IMG/VR virus record: IMGVR_UViG_3300028047_000001
Length of the DNA stretch: 42,844 bases
Direction: 5' to 3' (one strand)
Source: a virus
A program made the translations under genes and the position numbers. Position 1 is the first letter of the stretch. Each line of letters begins with the position of its first letter. A model generated the notes under the pieces. It was not told the origin of the DNA. It saw only the letters and a list, made by a program, of their open reading frames with translations, and did no database searches. Positions 39,884 through 42,844 of this stretch are shown in pieces.

Positions 39884-40646
39884 CTTGGTTGAGCTGAATC
39901 ACCCCAGCATATTCCGGAGACTGAACTAAGTCTTCACCGGTCGATGCCTTGTCACCGGTCCAGTAGGAATTATACCAGGAATTACCGTTCTGCGTGCAAT
40001 CGCTCGTTCGCGGGCTCGGCAGTGAGAATGTCATGCTCGGATCAACGCCGATGATCGCATAGAAATCATCCGGTCCGCTTCCGCCATGCTGTGCATGGAA
40101 GATTCTCACCGAGACGACCTTCATTCCTAGGCCTGTCGCCCGGTTAACTACCATGGTCAGAACTGCAGGGGTGTCTTGCACCGCGATCGGGCATGCATTG
40201 CCATGCGGCGCATTGCCGGCACTCTGGTTCATAATCACGGTGCCGCTCGGGGTCTTAACATCGAGGCCTTCCGAATGGGTGATGACCACGGTGTTAACAT
40301 TCGACTCCTTCGTGAGCGCCCAGGCGAAGAACGAATTAGCCGTCTGGGTAGCGGTGCAGTCCTGCGACGGAGGACCAGCATTCGTGCCGCACCCCTGCGA
40401 GGGACACTGCAGATCGGCATTGATCACGAAATACAAGTCTGTGCCGTTCTTAAAGATGCGCCCAGAGTGAATCGCCATGGCCTTGTTCGTGGTGGCATTC
40501 CACACTTCGGTGTGGACATTTGCACGCCCTCCGCCGATTGACACCTTAGGGCAAGTGCCTTGTGCTTGCGCGCCAACTGTGCCAAGCCCGTACCAGGCAA
40601 TAAGCCCAGCCGCCATAATCAATCCGCCGTCTACATATTTTCTCAT
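39873..40646 (-). CDS. Exported protein of unknown function (accessory)
   Basis: The track ORF starts at 40658. The ATG at 40646 overlaps the TerL-C stop (TGATG) and gives MRKYVDGGLIMAAGLIAWYGLGTVGAQA|QG. The mature part is Cys-containing. Confidence 0.55.
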   Translation of the reverse strand: MRKYVDGGLIMAAGLIAWYGLGTVGAQAQGTCPKVSIGGGRANVHTEVWNATTNKAMAIHSGRIFKNGTDLYFVINADLQCPSQGCGTNAGPPSQDCTATQTANSFFAWALTKESNVNTVVITHSEGLDVKTPSGTVIMNQSAGNAPHGNACPIAVQDTPAVLTMVVNRATGLGMKVVSVRIFHAQHGGSGPDDFYAIIGVDPSMTFSLPSPRTSDCTQNGNSWYNSYWTGDKASTGEDLVQSPEYAGVIQLNQGAQ

Positions 40647-41575
40647 CACCCCATCCATCCATGTGTTCCGCCGGCCAACCGCACACTGCGATCGCTTGGC
40701 GGCCGCTTTACATCTGCGAAACGTTTCATCATTCTAGCATATCTGCTGGCCGATAGCACGTCATCACGCTCCTTAACGATTTGGCCGTTCTTGCGATGGA
40801 ACAGCCGGAACTCGCTAAACCATACCTCATTACCGGGGAATACCCTCCAGCGGCCCGTCAGCATGCACTCGTACATATCCTGAATGCCAGCTTCCAAGCC
40901 ATAACCACCTTCCTCGTGCGTGGCATGCTCCCCAAGCATATTCAATCCGTGCCCGCGATACTGCGCTGCAAGCTGATCACCTGAGCCTTTGTCGTGTTGC
41001 AAACCATCGTGGGGCCAAGCGATGGGTACCCAGAGCCCCCAGGGCCTAAGTGCCGCCGCATGGATCGGAGCACTCGCGCCCGACTCGCGGTAGGTAGCCA
41101 CGACATAAAATATGTCGTCATCTCTGTCCCACGCGCACCTGGCGGCTGCAAACGGATGATCGTAGCCAAAATCTACTCCTATGATTTGCGGGAAATGCCT
41201 CGGAATTTCAAACGCCTCACAGCGCAGCTTATCCTCCTCCACGGGGAATACCCGGCCTGAGCCCAGAGCAGGAATGCCCTTAACCCGCGCCTCCTGTTCC
41301 CAGGCCGGATAGCTAGCGATGATAGCCGCGCGCTGTGCATCCGTGTAATGTAAGGCGTCATCGATCGTGGCTTGTATGACTACGCGGCCCGGGGAGACTG
41401 TCACTGTGCCCACTTCCATGCCATTGCATATATCAGCGGCGAGAGGATAACGAGCCAGCCGATAATAGCACCTATGACAAACATGACTAAGTCCCAGAAC
41501 GACGTCACTGGTTAAGCCGCGCTTCGGCAGTCTTGGGAAGGATGATCGGGCTAAGTTGCTGTTTATAGGCGCCAA
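40646..41575 (-). CDS. terL: Terminase large subunit, C-terminal nuclease half (split gene)
   Basis: GRVVIQATIDDALHYTD...ARVKGIPALGSGRVFP...IIGVDFGYDHPFAAARCAWDRDDDIFYVVATYRE...WPHDG matches the TerL RNaseH-like nuclease region. The first ~55 codons (TTG start in the track) look non-homologous. The first ATG is at 41419 and has no SD. Confidence 0.7.
   Translation of the reverse strand: MAPINSNLARSSFPRLPKRGLTSDVVLGLSHVCHRCYYRLARYPLAADICNGMEVGTVTVSPGRVVIQATIDDALHYTDAQRAAIIASYPAWEQEARVKGIPALGSGRVFPVEEDKLRCEAFEIPRHFPQIIGVDFGYDHPFAAARCAWDRDDDIFYVVATYRESGASAPIHAAALRPWGLWVPIAWPHDGLQHDKGSGDQLAAQYRGHGLNMLGEHATHEEGGYGLEAGIQDMYECMLTGRWRVFPGNEVWFSEFRLFHRKNGQIVKERDDVLSASRYARMMKRFADVKRPPSDRSVRLAGGTHGWMG
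41401..41484 (-). CDS. Possible 27-aa hydrophobic peptide inside the terL insert
   Basis: Below the ORF-track cutoff. Encodes MFVIGAIIGWLVILSPLIYAMAWKWAQ. Weak SD. Confidence 0.25.
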   Translation of the reverse strand: MFVIGAIIGWLVILSPLIYAMAWKWAQ

Positions 41576-41840
41576 GTAGCATTGGCGATGGTTCCGAGAT
41601 CCACATAACTGCAGCCATATTCAGCTGCACGCTTTCGCCGGCAAGAATGTTTGTTGATTTAAGAACCGGGTTCATTGTCATTTGCCCCTGCGGATCAATA
41701 CGCAGCACAGTGGGGTGCCTTAGTTCCGCCGACAGACTCTCTGGCTCCGGGCCAATAAGCTCACCGATAACATCGATCCCGCCAATCATAGTCAGTACGC
41801 AAATGCGTGATTCCGTCATGCTAATTTTATTGATCTTCAT
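41505..41840 (-). CDS. 111-aa protein encoded by the insert that splits terL (unknown; small beta-barrel/Sm-like guess)
   Basis: The ATG overlaps the TerL-N stop (ATGA at 41837-41840). The sequence ICVLTMIGGIDVIGELIG...LRHPTVLRIDPQGQMTMNPVL...VQLNMAAVMWISEP has no nuclease (HNH/GIY-YIG/LAGLIDADG) motif. Confidence 0.5.
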   Translation of the reverse strand: MKINKISMTESRICVLTMIGGIDVIGELIGPEPESLSAELRHPTVLRIDPQGQMTMNPVLKSTNILAGESVQLNMAAVMWISEPSPMLLGAYKQQLSPIILPKTAEARLNQ

Positions 41841-42541
41841 GCTCCTGCTCCCATGAATAACTCAACCACTTCGCTCCAGCCCAACAATGGCGTAAACGTC
41901 ATGTAAACGATACCGCCTGTTTCGTTCGTCCGTGTCAAACATTCGAAATACAAGTCTATATCACATTCCTCGTCGAGCCAGACAACCTCTCTCCCCGCAC
42001 CTTGGAACTTCTCGCGGCCAGACTCATACGATTTGAATTGGAGAACGGACACACCGCCAGTTGAATGCTTGACGCCAACCGTATCGATTGCATTGGCGGC
42101 GCCTCGAGCCAAGGATGGTTTGAGAATCAAATCGCCTGGGATTAGCCCAGTGCCCCAAGCCTCTTGGCGGTCCGGAGGGCCTATCAGCTTTTCCTGGACG
42201 ATGTCGCGGGTGGCGGTGTTAGTAACTCCTGCAGCCCACGCTCGTACCGGTTTATCGAAGCGCTTGCCCACCCACCATGCGGGATACAAGCCCGTAAGGT
42301 GCATGGCCATCTCTGCAGCTCCACATTCGGTCTTTCCAAAGCGGTTAGCTGCCATAATGAGCCGCTCGCGATGAGTTGCTCCTGCGGCATGAAAATCAGC
42401 TTGTTTCGGATATGGGCAGTATCGGAATAGCTTCGTGCGATCTATGCGTCTCTGACGTTCTATCAACATCTCCGCATACAATCGCTTCCTCTGCTCGTAA
42501 GTCTGCGGATAGTCGTCTAATTGTAGCGCTAAGTTCGTCAT
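41837..42541 (-). CDS. terL: Terminase large subunit, N-terminal ATPase half (split gene)
   Basis: 234 aa. YPKQADFH, Walker A (AANRFGKTECG), Walker B (VVWLDEE) and the coupling motif (YMTFTPLLGWSEVVELF). It ends in a stop where intact homologues continue into the nuclease domain. Confidence 0.75.
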   Translation of the reverse strand: MTNLALQLDDYPQTYEQRKRLYAEMLIERQRRIDRTKLFRYCPYPKQADFHAAGATHRERLIMAANRFGKTECGAAEMAMHLTGLYPAWWVGKRFDKPVRAWAAGVTNTATRDIVQEKLIGPPDRQEAWGTGLIPGDLILKPSLARGAANAIDTVGVKHSTGGVSVLQFKSYESGREKFQGAGREVVWLDEECDIDLYFECLTRTNETGGIVYMTFTPLLGWSEVVELFMGAGA

Positions 42542-42827
42542 CGTTCATACTCTCGACAACGGACACATTCACATTCACGTCTTTTGGCAGTATGGCTACT
42601 GCGGCGCGTAGATAGTCGACAGGAGACTTCTTACGTACTGCAGCGATAGCTGCTCTACCGTACTGTACCCAGTCCTCATAGAAGTCCACTGTGAAATGTT
42701 GCGCATATTGCGCCCTACTGCCACGAGGACGCCCGCCCATTCCAGTATGGCCAAGTTTAAACTGGCCTGTCGCAGAACGCTGTGGCGAGCTCGCTGGCTG
42801 GGGGGTTTTAGTTTCCGCTACGTCCAT
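42396..42827 (-). CDS. Small-terminase-like protein
   Basis: 143-aa ORF immediately upstream of terL. TGQFKLGHTGMGGRPRGSR resembles the F-x-KG-x-SGNP-GGRPKG motif of small-terminase-like (DUF5681-type) phage proteins. Its 3' 146 nt overlap the TerL-N ORF. Confidence 0.5.
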   Translation of the reverse strand: MDVAETKTPQPASSPQRSATGQFKLGHTGMGGRPRGSRAQYAQHFTVDFYEDWVQYGRAAIAAVRKKSPVDYLRAAVAILPKDVNVNVSVVESMNDDELSATIRRLSADLRAEEAIVCGDVDRTSETHRSHEAIPILPISETS

Positions 42828-42844
42828 ACCAAAAACTCGCTCAA
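42746..42844. repeat. Terminal direct repeat, copy 2 (identical to 1..99)
   Basis: See copy 1; 99/99 identical. Confidence 0.95.

Noticed and set aside
41576-41836. Stop-codon read-through, recoding or an intein joining the two TerL halves
   Set aside because: The shared frame contains many stops (several TGA and a TAA) across the gap, and there are no intein splice-junction residues or endonuclease blocks. The insert has its own well-placed ORF in another frame.
1-42844. Lysogeny module (integrase, CI repressor, excisionase) or attP
   Set aside because: No ORF shows tyrosine/serine recombinase or CI-like features, so nothing was annotated. Absence by eye is not proof, and several small early proteins remain unassigned.

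Overview
This window is a complete, circularly closed genome of a tailed dsDNA phage. Bases 1-99 recur exactly at 42746-42844, giving a 42,745-bp unit. Two divergent transcription units start at a control region near 4000-4100. The rightward unit (+ strand, about 4104-9103) opens with a tandemly duplicated structured leader. It then carries a mini SGNH hydrolase, a recombination module (YqaJ-type exonuclease, GapR/DUF2312-like protein, RecT/Redbeta-type annealase), small basic and Cys-rich proteins, and an exported ClpP-fold protein. The leftward unit (- strand, from 3986 through the numbering origin and on to 9045) starts with early and replication genes: a Cro/YdaS-like HTH, a VRR-NUC nuclease, a GcrA-like DNA-binding domain, and a replication initiator with internal iterons plus a helicase-loader-like protein. 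Packaging and head genes follow: a TerS-like gene, a TerL gene split in two by a ~440-nt insert, a three-gene accessory island, and P22-type portal, scaffold and coat. The tail genes are two tailspikes (SGNH esterase and pectate-lyase fold), a 1115-aa repeat protein ending in a gp4-like adaptor domain, gp10-like and needle-like proteins, ejection-type proteins (one with lytic transglycosylase plus M15 peptidase), and a tail-collar fibre. The unit ends with an exported/polybasic accessory cluster and an SLT-based lysis cassette. Nine proteins carry Sec-type signal peptides, which is unusual for a phage this size. The GcrA- and GapR-like genes point to an alphaproteobacterial host. I saw no integrase, CI-type repressor, DNA polymerase, tRNA, reverse transcriptase or convincing CRISPR array. 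All family assignments come from motifs read by eye in the ORF translations; no database search or folding computation was possible.
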